This document shows, one piece after another, positions 22,052-36,813 of a DNA stretch of 64,000 bases; within the stretch, counting starts at the first letter, position 1, and each line of letters begins with the position of its first letter. Location: assembly GCF_000143415.4 (NCBI RefSeq), contig NW_003314312.1, positions 1,767-65,766 of the forward strand, read 5' to 3'. Made by a program: the position numbers and the translations under genes. Source of the stretch: Selaginella moellendorffii. Its lineage: Eukaryota > Plantae > Lycopodiophyta. Below the pieces are notes generated by a model, which had not been told where the DNA came from, did not search any database, and was given only the letters and a program-made list of their open reading frames with translations.

Positions 22052-22319
22052 TGTAAGACACAAATCCCTAAGCCCCAAAGTGAAGCCGAAAGGGTGCCAC
22101 ATGGTAATGGTTGAAGCAGAAGCCAAACAAGCGTAACACATTTGGACTAAAAGCTCTAACTTAGAAAGTCGAAAATGGGAGTAGAACTCCCAATGAAATG
22201 CTTAAGGAATAAGCACGAAGCAATCAGTGAATAAGTTTGAACACAAGAAGGACACAAGAAGGACTGATACATGACAAATGTCATGGTATATGGAAGTGTT
22301 AGGAATGAGTCCAAAAAGG

Positions 22320-22558
22320 AGTTTGAGATGGAGTTCGAAAAGGAATCTGAAAGGGAGTGCAATATGAAGTTCGATATGGATTCAAGATGGAGTCTAAGAT
22401 GGACCCAAGATGGAGTCTGAGATAAACTTGAGACGGACTTGAGATGGAGGTCTGAAATAGACCCAAGATGGAGTCTGAGATGGATCCAAGATGGAGTACG
22501 AGATGGACCCGAGATAGAGTCCAGAGTGGAGTTCAAGGTGGACTCAAGATGGAGTCTA
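22320..22558 (+). repeat. ~12-bp GAGATGGAGTCT-type minisatellite inside the LTR, running into a gap
   Basis: Repeated gagatggagtct / aagatggaccc variants. Confidence 0.9.
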
Positions 22559-24020
22559 NNNNNNNNNNNNNNNNNNNNNNNNNNNNNNNNNNNNNNNNNN
22601 NNNNNNNNNNNNNNNNNNNNNNNNNNNNNNNNNNNNNNNNNNNNNNNNNNNNNNNNNNNNNNNNNNNNNNNNNNNNNNNNNNNNNNNNNNNNNNNNNNNN
22701 NNNNNNNNNNNNNNNNNNNNNNNNNNNNNNNNNNNNNNNNNNNNNNNNNNNNNNNNNNNNNNNNNNNNNNNNNNNNNNNNNNNNNNNNNNNNNNNNNNNN
22801 NNNNNNNNNNNNNNNNNNNNNNNNNNNNNNNNNNNNNNNNNNNNNNNNNNNNNNNNNNNNNNNNNNNNNNNNNNNNNNNNNNNNNNNNNNNNNNNNNNNN
22901 NNNNNNNNNNNNNNNNNNNNNNNNNNNNNNNNNNNNNNNNNNNNNNNNNNNNNNNNNNNNNNNNNNNNNNNNNNNNNNNNNNNNNNNNNNNNNNNNNNNN
23001 NNNNNNNNNNNNNNNNNNNNNNNNNNNNNNNNNNNNNNNNNNNNNAAGGGACGCGAGGTTCAAGAGTCGGTTTTAGTTCCCCTGGGAGATCGAATGGTTG
23101 ATGCTCCCAGTCTAAATGTGGGTGGCACTACCGTACTTGGATACCTGGCATGGCTCAACAAAACCTCGCTCTAGCCTTAGTGCACCCTAGGGCACCCGAA
23201 GGCGGAAGGTGGGGAGAATACCTACAAAGCTTACACAGAGTCATGGTGTTTCGAAATGTCATCCTAATGTCCCAATGTGGAAAGGAAAAAGAAGAGTTCT
23301 TTGGTGTAGAAACCAAGGATATAGTCATATAGTGAGGAAGTCCCAGAGGTCAATGGGACTTATGGTCAAGCTTATGGGCCTTGACTAAATGGCAATATTA
23401 GCAAACACGGCCATGGACGGAAAGGGACTTGGTAGGGACTGAAAAAGGGATATTGAGGAAGACTATTTCTCATGTGTACAAGCATCCTAAGGATGTTAAG
23501 GAATGAATTTAGGATAATCATTTATGGATGGATGGCCTAGTCTTTAAGAGACAAGACTGTGATGTAGGTGGTGTTAGATCACCAGTGTGACAAAGGTGAA
23601 TAGGCATGGTTTTAGCATAATAAGCTAATATGTTGGTGATACCTTTGGGTGTCAGTCAAAGGATATGTGGAGCACTTGGACCAAGTGCAAAAACTAAGTG
23701 GCATAGATGCCATTCACAAAACTAGCATGTCCCTAAATTAGCAATGGGGCTTATAAAGGTTGTAAGTGAAACTCCTTGAAGTGGTCGAAGGTGTGGTTAA
23801 GTGACTAAAATAGAATGGAAAATTTAGTCATTTACAATTTGGTATTAGAGTTATTCTTTAGTTTAACTTTTATTGGTGGTCAAGTATATTAGCATTGGAA
23901 GGTCCCAGTAGTGGGCCTTCCTCAAGAAGTAGCATGTCAAGAGGACATAGCTCTTCACTATAGGGCATGCAAATGGGTAGGCCATATAGTGAATATAAAG
24001 GGGCTAACAAGAGAACAACT

Positions 24021-25151
24021 TGTAGTGCACATGGTTTTGACCATTTATCCTATGGTGATTTACCATAGGATAACACCACGAAGCGGAACCTAAACCCTCT
24101 TTATGCCATGTGAAACATGCCATGTGTCCAAAGGACAATGGTGCGGAACCCAAGGTTCAGGGCCTTGGGCCACTGAACAAAGGAACTGTGTCAAACTCCC
24201 AAGCATGGAGCCGAGGAGTGACGGAACCGAACCGCGGAGCAACTCCCGAGCATACAGCCCAAGGAGCGAAGGGACAGGAGCTTGGAGCGACTTGGAACAG
24301 TCCTAGAGTAACCAGCATCCCAATGCTAGGACCAACACGCAAAACGGTGCCAAACGGAGTCTGGCGCTATTTCGGCATACCAGTGGCCTAACGTGAGGAT
24401 ATGGGTACTCCACCAGCTTGCATGGTGTGGAGCTTGGGCTTAAACCCAAGCCAGACTCAGAACAAAGACAGGCACGCAAGCGACTAAACTATGCCTTAGG
24501 TTGGTCAGCCATGCCCGACCTACCCACTATCCCTACTATACATTTGGAACCCCCCACAGCCCCCACCCCCCTCTTGAGGAACACACACTTTGGGGTTTCA
24601 CCCCAAGCCTCCCTTAGTATCAGGAGTTAGTCTCTGGGACAAGCTCGAAACCTACTAAATATGGAATGTCCCTAGATTGCGAATTTGGACATGGGACGAA
24701 CACCATTGTGTTTAGGACAATCTCTACATTCCGTAGATATGCCAAATGAGCAAATCTGGACACTTTCCATAAATAGCATTTGGGACCAAAATGAGACTAA
24801 CACAAAGGGTATGATAGCGAGGGTGTTTGGCAGACACGGTAAGCTATCATCTAGCGATGTTGAGGGACCAATCTCAATATCGCGGGGGTTCTTGATACTA
24901 GCAAGTGCAAGCCAATGACTCAAGTTTCTCAAACCAGGCCGAGTATGCTCAGCAAGAAACACATAGGGTTCCTACCTTATGTTTATCCAATCTAAGTGCA
25001 TGGTCATTGACCAGTTTCTCAACTAGCTCAAGTGGGAAACTGATAACGGGTCCAGCAATACCGACCTCCTGCCATCGTGGCAGTAAAGTAAGAGTGTCCG
25101 TAAGGACTAGCCGACAAGTAACTTTTGATACCCAAAGTCACATTCGCGACA
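24021..25151 (-). repeat. LTR copy 1 (chimeric)
   Basis: TGTAG...GACA; homologous to the other two copies. Confidence 0.9.
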
Positions 25152-28100
25152 CTCTCCCCCCCTAGGGAAGATCGACGTCCTCGTCGATGCATACTCGAGT
25201 CTAGAATACCGCCAAGGAAACAACTCCAGAAAAAGTTCACGGTACTCATACTATGTGAGAAATGCACCAACTTAAATGAGTTAGGAGGCAACCTCTTTGT
25301 CTAACGCGGATGCGCTACCAGCTCAGACACCTTCCGGCCGTCGCCGACAAGGAAATAACCAACAGCGTCAGTCACCCTTGCTGCTCTGGGTGTCACCCAG
25401 CTACAAAAGTGTGATATGCCCCTGCCCGCAGGAACATAGAGAGAGAAGCCAGAGGCCCCAACCCTCCTAAGCAAAGAAACCAAACCCGTCGGTAAGGTTT
25501 AGATAGACTACTGTAAACAGGCAGTTAGAGTTGTTTACACGGTCACGCCCTTTCAACGGAATAAGGAACATCGACACAGAGGCGGGTTATGTGACCAGTC
25601 GACAGTAGCTACCCCATGACTAGAGATTTCAACATGCACACGAAGTGCCGAAGCCAGTCTGCCTATACTGGCCCAAACTCAAAGATCAATATAGAGGGAC
25701 TATATCAAAGTCATAAACAATGATATCTTAGAAGCTTAATTACTAGTGATTATATCTTAGAGTAGAACACGAAAGTATTCTAAGCAAGTTATCATCCGAT
25801 AAACTAGTATTATAGTAGATAGGAACCACCAAGATCATCATAATTTGGCAAACATAGGAATGACCATCCAACAAAATTCAATAGCTAGTATATCATCAAG
25901 GAAACTCAATGATGAAACTTAACTACCGAAGAGAGTAGACAGTAAGCCAACAACTTACTAGAGAGACTCAAGAACACAAAGTATGACTAATAAGCACAAT
26001 GCTCGCGAATGTATCACCCAAAAAAAATAACATCCAAATCTATCAAAACTAACTCGAGCAACAATCAACAAAAGAGAATGAATGTGGTAAAACAAACAAA
26101 CACTCATGCCTGCCAACTATCACAAAAGCCAATCTAAATAGATCCCAGCCAACAATACCAAGGAACTCAAGTTGCCTAAGCAAGTGTCAGTAATATCCTA
26201 CTGACGTCTCAAACCCAAGAGACCAATCCAGAGCAAACCACAAAGAACATGTGGTATTGCGAAAAGCCAAAAGCCATCAAAGAGAACAACTAACTATCAT
26301 GAAAGATCGTCAACTAGCCCATTAATGTAGTGATGTATAATCATCGTTGAAGAAAGAATCTACCATCCCGAAGAATAGCAAATAATTCCAAACCAACAAT
26401 AATCAAGCAAAACTTGTGATAAAGACAATCAACTACCCTAGATGATAGTCAATCATCACCAATGATTGCTAGATGCAAAGCCAACTTCAACATCGAAGCT
26501 AATGAGCCAAAATGCCTTCCCCAACAACTTCTAACAAATGGAACAATGAGCATGAAAACTCAAGGAACCAAAAGTTCAAAGAAGCCTATAGCTAAGTCTT
26601 GTGTAATAATGATCATGAGTCTCATAGAAGCTAACTTCAATGCTAAAGAAGAAAGCGTGATGCAACTCATAATATCTTCCTTAACACATCCATAAGCCAA
26701 ACTTCATAATACTAAAGCTTAATGAAGAGCATGTCTGCATCAATCCAAAAGCTAAACATAACGAAGCTATGCTTAACAAGTGATCATCAAACGATCCTCC
26801 ATGAATCCATCTATAGCAAGACGTAATTCACTTCATAACAAGCACAAGAAGAATCATCAATGATAGATATAGTCCAACTCAAATCCAATAAGGACTCAAA
26901 TTGTTTAATATCAAACACTAATTCTTCCTCTCATGAAGTTAGCATAGTTCACGACTAAATCATTTTTCAAGGAAAAGCTAAAGCTCAACCCCTACGAAAC
27001 AATCTCATCTAGAACACAACTAACTCAAACTTGCCACTCAGTTCATTTGAACGTCAATATAGTTGCTAACTAGCAATTGCACGAATGCCAACAACATAAA
27101 GCTACAGCCAAATCATCAACACTTTGCATCGAGACTAATGAAACTCAATATCAATCCTACGAAAAGACATCTCCTTTCATTTGCATCTCAACATCAACAA
27201 TGTCAATGACAAGGCATTACTTCAATGCCATCAACACCAAAACAAAGCTAGAAGAAAGCACGAGTGAATCACCACTCAAAACTCTCCAGCAACCAAGCTA
27301 ACCAAAGTCGAAGATACTTTAGTCAGTATCTGAGACCAATCCTCCAACAAAACTCAGTTACAAGTAACACTTCATCAAAGAGTGATTCACCACGTCCAAG
27401 ACTCAATGAAATCTAACACCACGAACTAAACACAACCAAATGATATCAACAAAGATAGAGTCGACATGCCAACATGGAAAACCCATGTAAGTCTAACGAC
27501 ACGATCCTCCGCAACACCATCCGGTAAAGCAAGCCCATCACTGCTAAATCATCATCGAGCAAAGCAAGTATCAACAGTCTTTTTGACAAAGTCTACAAGT
27601 AATCACTAGTCGCAAAGCAACTAACAATCACCCTTCAACTTGCCTTCACAAGACCCGAACACTAACTCATGTCATTGAGTTACATACTTGTCCAACATGA
27701 ACATAATACCCCAGGTACGAGATAAAAGTTCATAGACAAGCACAAACTAAATAACCACTCGAATCCAACTCAACCGCAATAAGCTCACTAATGCATTTAG
27801 TCAATAGCTCTGAGCATGCCTTGAAGAGGCTAGCTATGTGATCAACACTCAGTCGAAACTAAAGTGAAGACCATGAGATGGACTCATATTAGTACACAAC
27901 CTCCTCATAGGCAAAGCTATAGTACAGGTACTAACATCTCAACCTCAAACAACTAAGTTAGACATCACCATCCTCAGCCAAGGCGCAGGGCTACCAAGAC
28001 TAAGTCAAGATCAGTGAGAGCTCACTACTCTCATAGAGTCTAAACAAAATGCAAGGTGCAACCTGCCACCGAGCATAATGCTACAAAAGAAAGGCACAAA

Positions 28101-30227
28101 AGTCACCCTTCTGAGAAAAGTGCAACGGCCACTTTTCTACACCAACTCCAGACTCTATCCAACTCAATTGCCTTAGCCCCAAAAGTTAGCATCCCTTTCA
28201 GGTTGCATCATACAAACTACCTACCAAGGTCTAAGTTAACCGAAGTCAACTCCAACCCCTTCACTAGTTTGTACTAGCTTTCGAAAACGGAATGGTTTTC
28301 GGATAAAATGATCAATAGACCAGCCATGGAAAAGTCTAAGAAAATTTNNNNNNNNNNNNNNNNNNNNNNNNNNNNNNNNNNNNNNNNNNNNNNNNNNNNN
28401 NNNNNNNNNNNNNNNNNNNNNNNNNNNNNNNNNNNNNNNNNNNNNNNATCCTAGAGAAAGAATGAGTCTCAGTCCAGGATTGCAAACTTTCAAGACTCAA
28501 CCAACTTCCTCCTACCAACAACTTCACATAGGCTCACCTCAACACAAATTTTCATGATCGAACAACATGCTTAAGCATCGAACATCTTTGCCCATATAAC
28601 CGACATCCAACACTGACATCCGCAAAGTGCAAAATGAACATCCAAGGCTTGATCACGAAGACCACATCTTTGGATATTCACATTGCATTAACACTCTTCT
28701 TCAATCACCTTCAAGATCTAATGTGAAGCCGAAACACTAACAAGAAAAATGACATGGAAAATCAAGGTCCAAGGAAAATTCCTCATCACTTGAAATAACA
28801 ATGCCACCTCCACTAACACAAGTGCTAGTGATGTCAATGCCCCAACTACACATCTTCTCCATCCAACAATCTATTCCAAGTGTTAACGGATCAACCAACA
28901 AGCCATAACAAATGAATGTTATAACCCTTTTCCAACATCTTAATGGGCAAACTCTAGGAAACAAGGTACCTACTTAAGCTTAGCATAATAAACCACCATC
29001 GAGAATCCAGTCAAAGCTACTACAATGCTACTTCGTGCAAGTAGACTAGCTTCTCCATCAACCACTTTGGGGTTGATCATCATTTAACTAAGCAACTTCG
29101 TAAACACATTGCTCACTATCACATGGATATGATATAAGTATCATAATGACTTGATCATCAATCAAGCAACACTATGAGCAATGCCCATGTCATTACTTCA
29201 AAGGTTTATGTGAATATCAACTGTCAACTCAATTCGACAAAATGCAACATAAATGTCACACCCCATCGATAGAGGTTTACAACACCCAACACCACTAACT
29301 TTTGTTCACAACATGGACAAGCTCATGCCACTCTCTTTCTGACCAAACTCAAAATTAATCCAACACCAAGTTATTCAAGGAGCAATAGCAAGGTTCCTCG
29401 AAAAAGAATTGAGCATTGCAACCCAAGTCTTCCAATAGCAAGCTTAGACAAAATGGTTTAGCGCTTCACCGCTATCCATCCCACAACTTACCATTGTAAG
29501 ACCACCATCTCCAACATGCATCAAGATAGGGACTCTTGATTGCATGATGTGAACACAAGCAATGAGTTAACACCTCGTTGCAGATCATCTCTCCAAGAAG
29601 AGAAAATGATTTACGTATTTGATCTTCCATCCCCAATGACTCTCTTTTCGGTCTCATCTTTGACCAAACCTCAAGCTTGCTTTCACATTGCCTTCAGTTC
29701 AATCGAAGAAAAGTTTATGAGAGAGCACGGCAATGATTACTTGAACCAATAGACTATTCCCTACAGTCTTGATTGATCCAATTATAATCATGCCTAGGAA
29801 GGATCCACTAGTGCCGTGCTAAACAGCTACAGACCAGCCTATTTGCCACTCATAGCAAACCTAGGGAGGTTTGCTTTCACCCATGGTACATGGAACAACT
29901 TACGGAACCACTGGAACCATCGATAGGCTTACATTAATCCTGCCAACTCAAAGTGTAACCTCGAGTTGCTAATGCGCCTCACTCACGAGCCCAAGCTCAA
30001 ACTCGTGCAAACGGAACATCTCCAAACCATCCTATGAGCCCAAGCGCAAGCTCACATCATAAGGTACAACAAGGTAACCCAAAACCTATCCCAAGGAACG
30101 ATTGCGAAGCCTTTGCACCAAAACGTGTACCCACTCGGATCATCGTTTTCATCTCTGCGTATGCAACGAGACTAGTTGCCCAATCTCATTGAATAGTACT
30201 CGCTGAGACTCATCCTCTGATACCAAA

Positions 30228-31380
30228 TGTAGCGCACGTGGTTTTGACCCTTTATCCTATGGTGATTTACCATAGGATAACACCACGAAGCAGAACCTAA
30301 ACCCTCTTTATGCCACGTGACAGATGCCACGTGTCACGTGCCACGTGTCCATAGGAACCTGAGGTTCAGACCCTTGGGCCACTGAACAAACGAACGGTGC
30401 CAAACTCCCAAGCATGGAGCCAAGGAGTGATGGAACCGAACCACGGAGCAACTCCCGAGCATACAGCCCAAGGAGCGAAGGGACAGGGGCCCGGAGCGAC
30501 TTGGAACAGTCCTAGAGCAACCAGCATCCCAATGCTAGGACCAGCACGCAAAACGGAGCCAAACGGAGTCTGGCGCTATTTCGGCATACCGGTGGCCTAA
30601 TGCGAGGACATGGGTACTCCACCAGCTAGCATGGAATGGAACTTGGGCTTAGACCCAAGCCGGACGCAGAACAAGGACAGGCACGCAAGCGGGAGCTAGA
30701 CTATGCCTCAGGTTGGTCGGCCATGCCCGACCTACCCACTATCCCTACTATACATTTGGAACCCCCCACAGCCCCCCCCCCCCCCCCGCCCCCCGCCCCC
30801 CCTTGAGGAATACACACTTTGGGGTTTCACCCCAAGCCTCCCTTAGTATCAGGAGTTAGTCTCTGGGACAAGCTCGAAACCTACTAAATATGGAATGTCC
30901 CTAGATTGCGAATTTGGACATGGGACGAACACCATTGTGTTTAGGACAATCTCTACATTCCGTAGATATGCCAAATGAGCAAATCTGGACACTTTCCATA
31001 AATAGCATTTGGGACCAAAATGAGACTAACACAAAGGGCATGATAGCGAGGGTGTTTGGCAGACACGGTAAGCTATCATCTAGCGATGTTGAGGGACCAA
31101 TCTCAATATCGCGGGGGTTCTTGATACTAGCAAGTGCAAGCCAATGACTCAAGTTTCTCAAACCAGGCCGAGTATGCTCAGCAAGAAACACATAGGGTTC
31201 CTACCTTATGTTTATCCAATCTAAGTGCATGGTCATTGACCAGTTTCTCAACTAGCTCAAGTGGGAAACTGATAACGGGTCCAGCAATACCGACCTCCTG
31301 CCATCGTGGCAGTAAGGTAAGAGTGTCCGTAAGGACTAGCCGACAAGTAACTTTCGATACCCGAAGTCACATTCGCGACA
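30228..31380 (-). repeat. LTR copy 2
   Basis: TGTAG...GACA, adjacent to PBS. Confidence 0.9.
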
Positions 31381-34300
31381 ATCATTACCGTTGGAAAATA
31401 TAGGATTCACCATCCAACAAAATTCAATAGCAAATATATCATCAAGGAAACTCAATGAGAAAACTTAACTACCAAAGATTGTAGACAGTATGCCAAACAA
31501 CTTACTAAAGATAACTCAAAGAACACAAAGTATCATTGACTGGCAAACAAAATGTTCACAAATGTATCACCCGAAAGAAATAACATCCTAATCTATCAAA
31601 ACTAACTCAAGCAATGATCAACAGAACAAAATGAATGTTGCAAGACCAACAAACATAGCGTTTATGCCAACCATCGCACCAGCCAATCTGAATAGATCCC
31701 AATCAATAATATAAAGGAACCAGAATTGCTTAAGCAAGTATCGACACATCCTACCGATGTCTCAAACCCAAAGACCAATCCAAAGCAAACCACAAAGAAC
31801 ATATGGTATTGCGAAAAGCCATAAGCCATCAAAGAGAACAACGAACCATCATGAAAAATCATCAATCATCCTATCAATAGAAAGATGCATAATCATTATC
31901 AAAGAAAGAATCCACCATCCTGAAAAATAGCAACTCATTCTATATGAACAACAATCAAGCAACACCTTCGACAAGGATAATCAACTATCCTAGATGACAG
32001 TCAATCTTCACCAATGATTGCTAGATGCAAAAGCCAACTTCAACATCAAAGCTAATGAGCCAAAATGCCTTCCCCCAACAACTTCTAACAAATGGAACAA
32101 TGAGCACAAAACTCAAGGAACCAAAAGCTTGAAGAATCCTATAGCCAAGTCTTGCCTAATAATGATCACAAATTTCATAGAAGTTAACTTCAATGCTAAA
32201 GAAGAAATCATGATGCAACCCACAATATCTTCCTTAACACATCCATAAGCCAAACTTCATAATGCCGAAGCTAATGAAGAGCATTTCTGTATCAATCCAA
32301 AAGCTAAGCACAACGAAACTATGTTCAACCCATGAATCCATCTACAGCAAGACGTAACTCACTTCATAACAAGCACAAGAGGAATCTTCAATGATCAATA
32401 TATTCCAACTCAAATCCAACAAGGATTCAAACATTCCAATATCGATCACTAACTCTTCCACTTGCAGAGTTAGCATAGTCCACGACTAAATTACTTTTCA
32501 AGGAAAAGCCAAAGCTCAACCCTCTACTAAATAATTTCGTCTAAATCACAACTAACTCAAACTTATTATTCAGTTCATTTGAACGTCAACACAGTTGCTA
32601 ACAAGCAAATGTATGAATGCCAACAACACAAAGAAGCCAAATCATCAACACTATCTTCATCAAGACTAATGAAACTCAATATCAATCCTTGGAAAGATAT
32701 CTCATTTCACTTGAATCTCAACATCAATAATATCAATGACAAGGCATCATTTCAATGCCATCAACACTATAACAAAGCTAGAAGAAAGCATGAGTGAATC
32801 ACTACCCAAAACTTTCTAGCAACCAAGCCAACCAAAGTTGAAGATACTTAACTTAGTATCTTAGACTAATCCTTCAACAAAACTCAATTACAGATAACAC
32901 TTCCTCAAGGAGTGAATCACCACATTCAAGACTCAATGAAATCCAACACTATGAACTAAATGCAACCAAATGATATTGACAAAGGTAGAATCAACATGCC
33001 AATATGGAAAACCTATGTAAGCTTTATGACACGATCCTCCACAACACCATCTGGTAAAGCAAGTTCATCACTGCTAAATCTTTATCAAGTGAAGCAAGTG
33101 TTAAAAGTCCTTGATAAAGTCTGCAAGCAACCACTAGTCGCAAAGCAATCAATAACCACTCTTCAACTTGCCTTCACAAGACCCAACACTAAACTCATGC
33201 CATCGAGTCATATACTTGTCGAGCATGAATATAATATCCCAGGTACGAGATAAAGGTTCATGGATAAGCATAAACTAAATGACCACTCGAATCCAACTCA
33301 ACCGCGATAAGCTCACAGATACATCTAGTCAATAGATCTAAGCATGCCTTAAGGAGGCTAGCTATGTGTGATCAACACTCAGTCGAAACTAAAGTGTAGA
33401 CCATTAGATGGACTCATATCGGTACACAACCTCCTCATAGACAAAGCTATAGTATGGGTACCAACATCTCAACCTTAAACAACTAAGTTGGATATCACCA
33501 TCCTCAGCCAAGGCGCAGGGCTACCAAGACCAAGTCAAGATCAGTGAGAGCTCACTACTCTCATAGAGTCCTAACAAAATGCAAGGTGCAACCTGCCACC
33601 AAGCAGAACATTATAGAAGAAAGGTACAAGGGTCACTCTTCTTAAAAAAGTGCAACGGCCACTTTTCTACACCAACTCCAGACTCTATTCAACTCAATTG
33701 CTTTAGCCTCAAAAGTCAGCATCTTTTTCGGGCCGCATCATACAAACTACTTACCAAGGTCTAAGCTAACTGAAGCCAACTCCAACCCCTTCACTAGTTT
33801 GTAATGGCTTACAAAAACAAAATAGTTTTCGAGTAAAGTGATCAATAGATTAGTTATTTGAAAAGTCTAAGAAAATTTGTGGAAAATTTCCATCCTAGAG
33901 AAAGAATGACTCTTAGTCCAGGATTGCAAACTTTCAAGACTCAACCAACTTCCTCTTACAAACAATTTCACATAGGTTCACCTCAACACAAATTCTCATG
34001 ATCCAACAATATGCTTAAGCATTGAACATCTTTGCCCATACTTCCGACATCTAACATCGACATCCGCAAAGTGCAAAGTGAACATCTAAGGATTGATCAT
34101 GAAGACCACATCTCCAAATATCCACATTACACTAACACTCTTCTTCAATCATCTTCAAGATTCAATGTGAAGCCAAAACACTAACAAGAAAAAAATGACA
34201 TGGAAAATCAAGCTCTAAGGAAAATTCCTCATCACTCAAATCAACAATGCCACTTCCACTAACACAAGTGCTAGCAATGTCAATGCCTCAACTACACAGC

Positions 34301-35664
34301 TTCTCCATCCAATAATCTACTCCAAGTGCTAACGGATCAACTGATAAGCTATAGCAAATGAATGCTATAACCCTTTTCCAACACCTAATGGGCAAACTCA
34401 AGGAAACAAGGTACCAACTTAAGCTTAGCATAATGGACCACTATCGAGAATCCAGTCAAAGCTATTACAATGCTACTTCATACAAGTAGACTAGCTTCAC
34501 CATCAACCACTTTGGGATTGATCATTATTTACCCAAGCAACTTCGTAAACACATTGTTCATTATCACATGGATATGATATAAGTATCACAATGAATTGAT
34601 CATCAATTGAGCAACACCATGAGCAACACCCATGTCATTACTTCAAAGGTTTATATGAATATCAAATGCTAACTCAATTCGACAAAATGCTACATAAATA
34701 GCACACCCTATCGATAGAGATTTACAACACTTAACACCACTAACCTTTGTTCACAACACGGAAAAGCTCATGCCACTCTCTATTCGACCAAACTCAACAC
34801 TAATCCAACACCAAGCTACTCAAGGAGTAATAACAAGGTTCCCAAGAAAAGAATTGAGCATTGCAACCAAAGTCTTCCAATAGCAAGCCTAGATAAAATG
34901 ATATAGCACTTCACCACTATCCATTCTATAACTTACCATTTGTAAGACCATCTTTTCCAATATGCATCAAGGTAGGGACTCTTAATTGCATAATGTGAAC
35001 ACGAGCAAAGAGTTAACACTTCGTTGCAAATCATCCCTCCAAGAAGAGAAAATGATTTACGTGTTTGATCCTTCGTCCTTAAGAACTCTCTTTCTGGTCT
35101 CATCTTTGACTAAACCTCAAGCTTGCTTTCGCACTGCCTTCAGTCCAATCCAAGAAAAGTTTATGAGAGAGCATGGTAATGACTACTTGAACCAATAGAC
35201 TAATCCCTACAGTTTTGGTTGAGTCACTTGTAATCATGCCTAGGAACTATCTACTAGTGCCGTGCTAAATAGCTACGGACCAGCCTATTTGCCACTCATA
35301 GCAAACCTAGGGAAGGTTTACTTTCACCCATGGTACATGGAATAACTCATGGAACCACTAATAGGCTAACATTAATCCTTCCAACTCAAAGTGTAACCTC
35401 GAGTTGCTAATGTGCCTCACTTACGAGCCCAAGCGCAAACTCGTGTAAACGAAACAACTCAGTCCACCCTATAAGCCCAAGAGCAAGCTCACATAATTAC
35501 AGTACAAGAAGGTAACCAAATCCATACCCAAGGAACGATTGCAAAGCCTTTGCACCCAAACGTGTACCCACTCGGATCATCGTTTTCATCTCTGCGTATG
35601 CAACGAGACTAGTTGCCCAATCTCATTGAATAGTACTCACTGAGACTCATCATCTGATACCAAA

Positions 35665-36813
35665 TGTAGCACACGTGGTTTTGACCCTTTATCCTATGGT
35701 GATTTACCATAGGATAACACCACAAAGCGGAACCTAAACCCTCTTTATGCCACGTGACACATGCCACGTGTCTAAAGGACAGTGGTGCGGAACCCAAGGT
35801 TCAGGGCCTTGGGCCACTGAACAAAGGAACAGTGTCAAACTCCCAAGCATGGAGCCGAGGAGTGACAGAACCGAACCACGGAGCAACTCCCGAGCATACA
35901 GCCCAAGGAGCGAAGGGACAGGAGCCCAGAGTGACTTGGAACAGTCCTAGAGTAACCAGCATCCCAATGCCAGGACCAGCACGCAAAACGGTGCCAAACG
36001 AAGTTTGGCACTATTTCGGCATACCAGTGGCCTAACGTGAGGATATGGGTACTCCCCCAACTAGCATGGTGGGGAGCTTGGGCTTAAACCCAAGCCGGAT
36101 TCAGAAAGAACAAGGACAGGCACGCAAGCGGGAGCTAAATTATGCCTCAGGTTGGTTGGCCATGCCCCCGACCTACCCACTATCCCTACTATACATTTGG
36201 AACCCCCCACAGCCCCCCCCCCCCCCTTCCCCTTTGAGGAACACGCTTTGGACTTTCACCCCAAGCCTCCCTTAGTATCAGGAGTTAGTCTTTGGGACAA
36301 GCTCGAAACTTACTAAATATGGAATGGCGCTAGATTGCGAATTTGGACACGGGACGAACACCATTGTGTTCAGGCCGATCTCTACATTCCGTAGATATTC
36401 CAAATGAGCAAATCTCGACACTTTCCATAAATAGCATTTGGGACCAAAATGAGACTAACACAAAGGGCATGATAGCGAGGGTGTTTGGCAGACACGGTAA
36501 GCTATCATTTAGCGATATTGAAGGACCAAGCTCAATATCGCGGGGGTTCCCAACACTAGCAAGTGCAAGCTAACATTATGAGTTTCTCATCACCGTGTCA
36601 AGTCTGCTTGACTAAATGACAACTTAGGATTTCCTTCCTTAGTGCCCTTCCGGTCTAAGTGCACATGTGATGACTAGTTTCTCAACTAGTTTAGGCGGAG
36701 ACTGATAACGGGTCCAGCAATACCGATCTCCTGCCATCGTGGCAGTAAGGTAAGAGTGTCCATAAGGACTGGCCAACAGGTAACTTTTGATACCTGAAGT
36801 CACATTTGCAACA
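35665..36813 (-). repeat. LTR copy 3
   Basis: TGTAG...AACA, adjacent to PBS and TSD. Confidence 0.9.

Larger units (their letters stand above)
24021..36813 (-). mobile_element. Three-LTR tandem non-autonomous Gypsy-derived retroelement with a single 5-bp TSD (CAACT)
   Basis: LTRs at 24021-25151, 30228-31380 and 35665-36813 (TG...CA). Met-i PBS on minus strand at 30215-30225 and 35653-35662. PPT (rc agggggggagag) at 25152-25163. CAACT at 24016-24020 and 36814-36818. Internal regions ~25835-30227 and 31381-35664 are homologous and lack long ORFs. Confidence 0.9.

Noticed and set aside
24103-25165. Short ORFs repeated three times (also at 30.4-31.4 kb and 35.7-36.6 kb)
   Set aside because: They lie within LTR copies, so the repetition reflects LTR identity rather than coding conservation.
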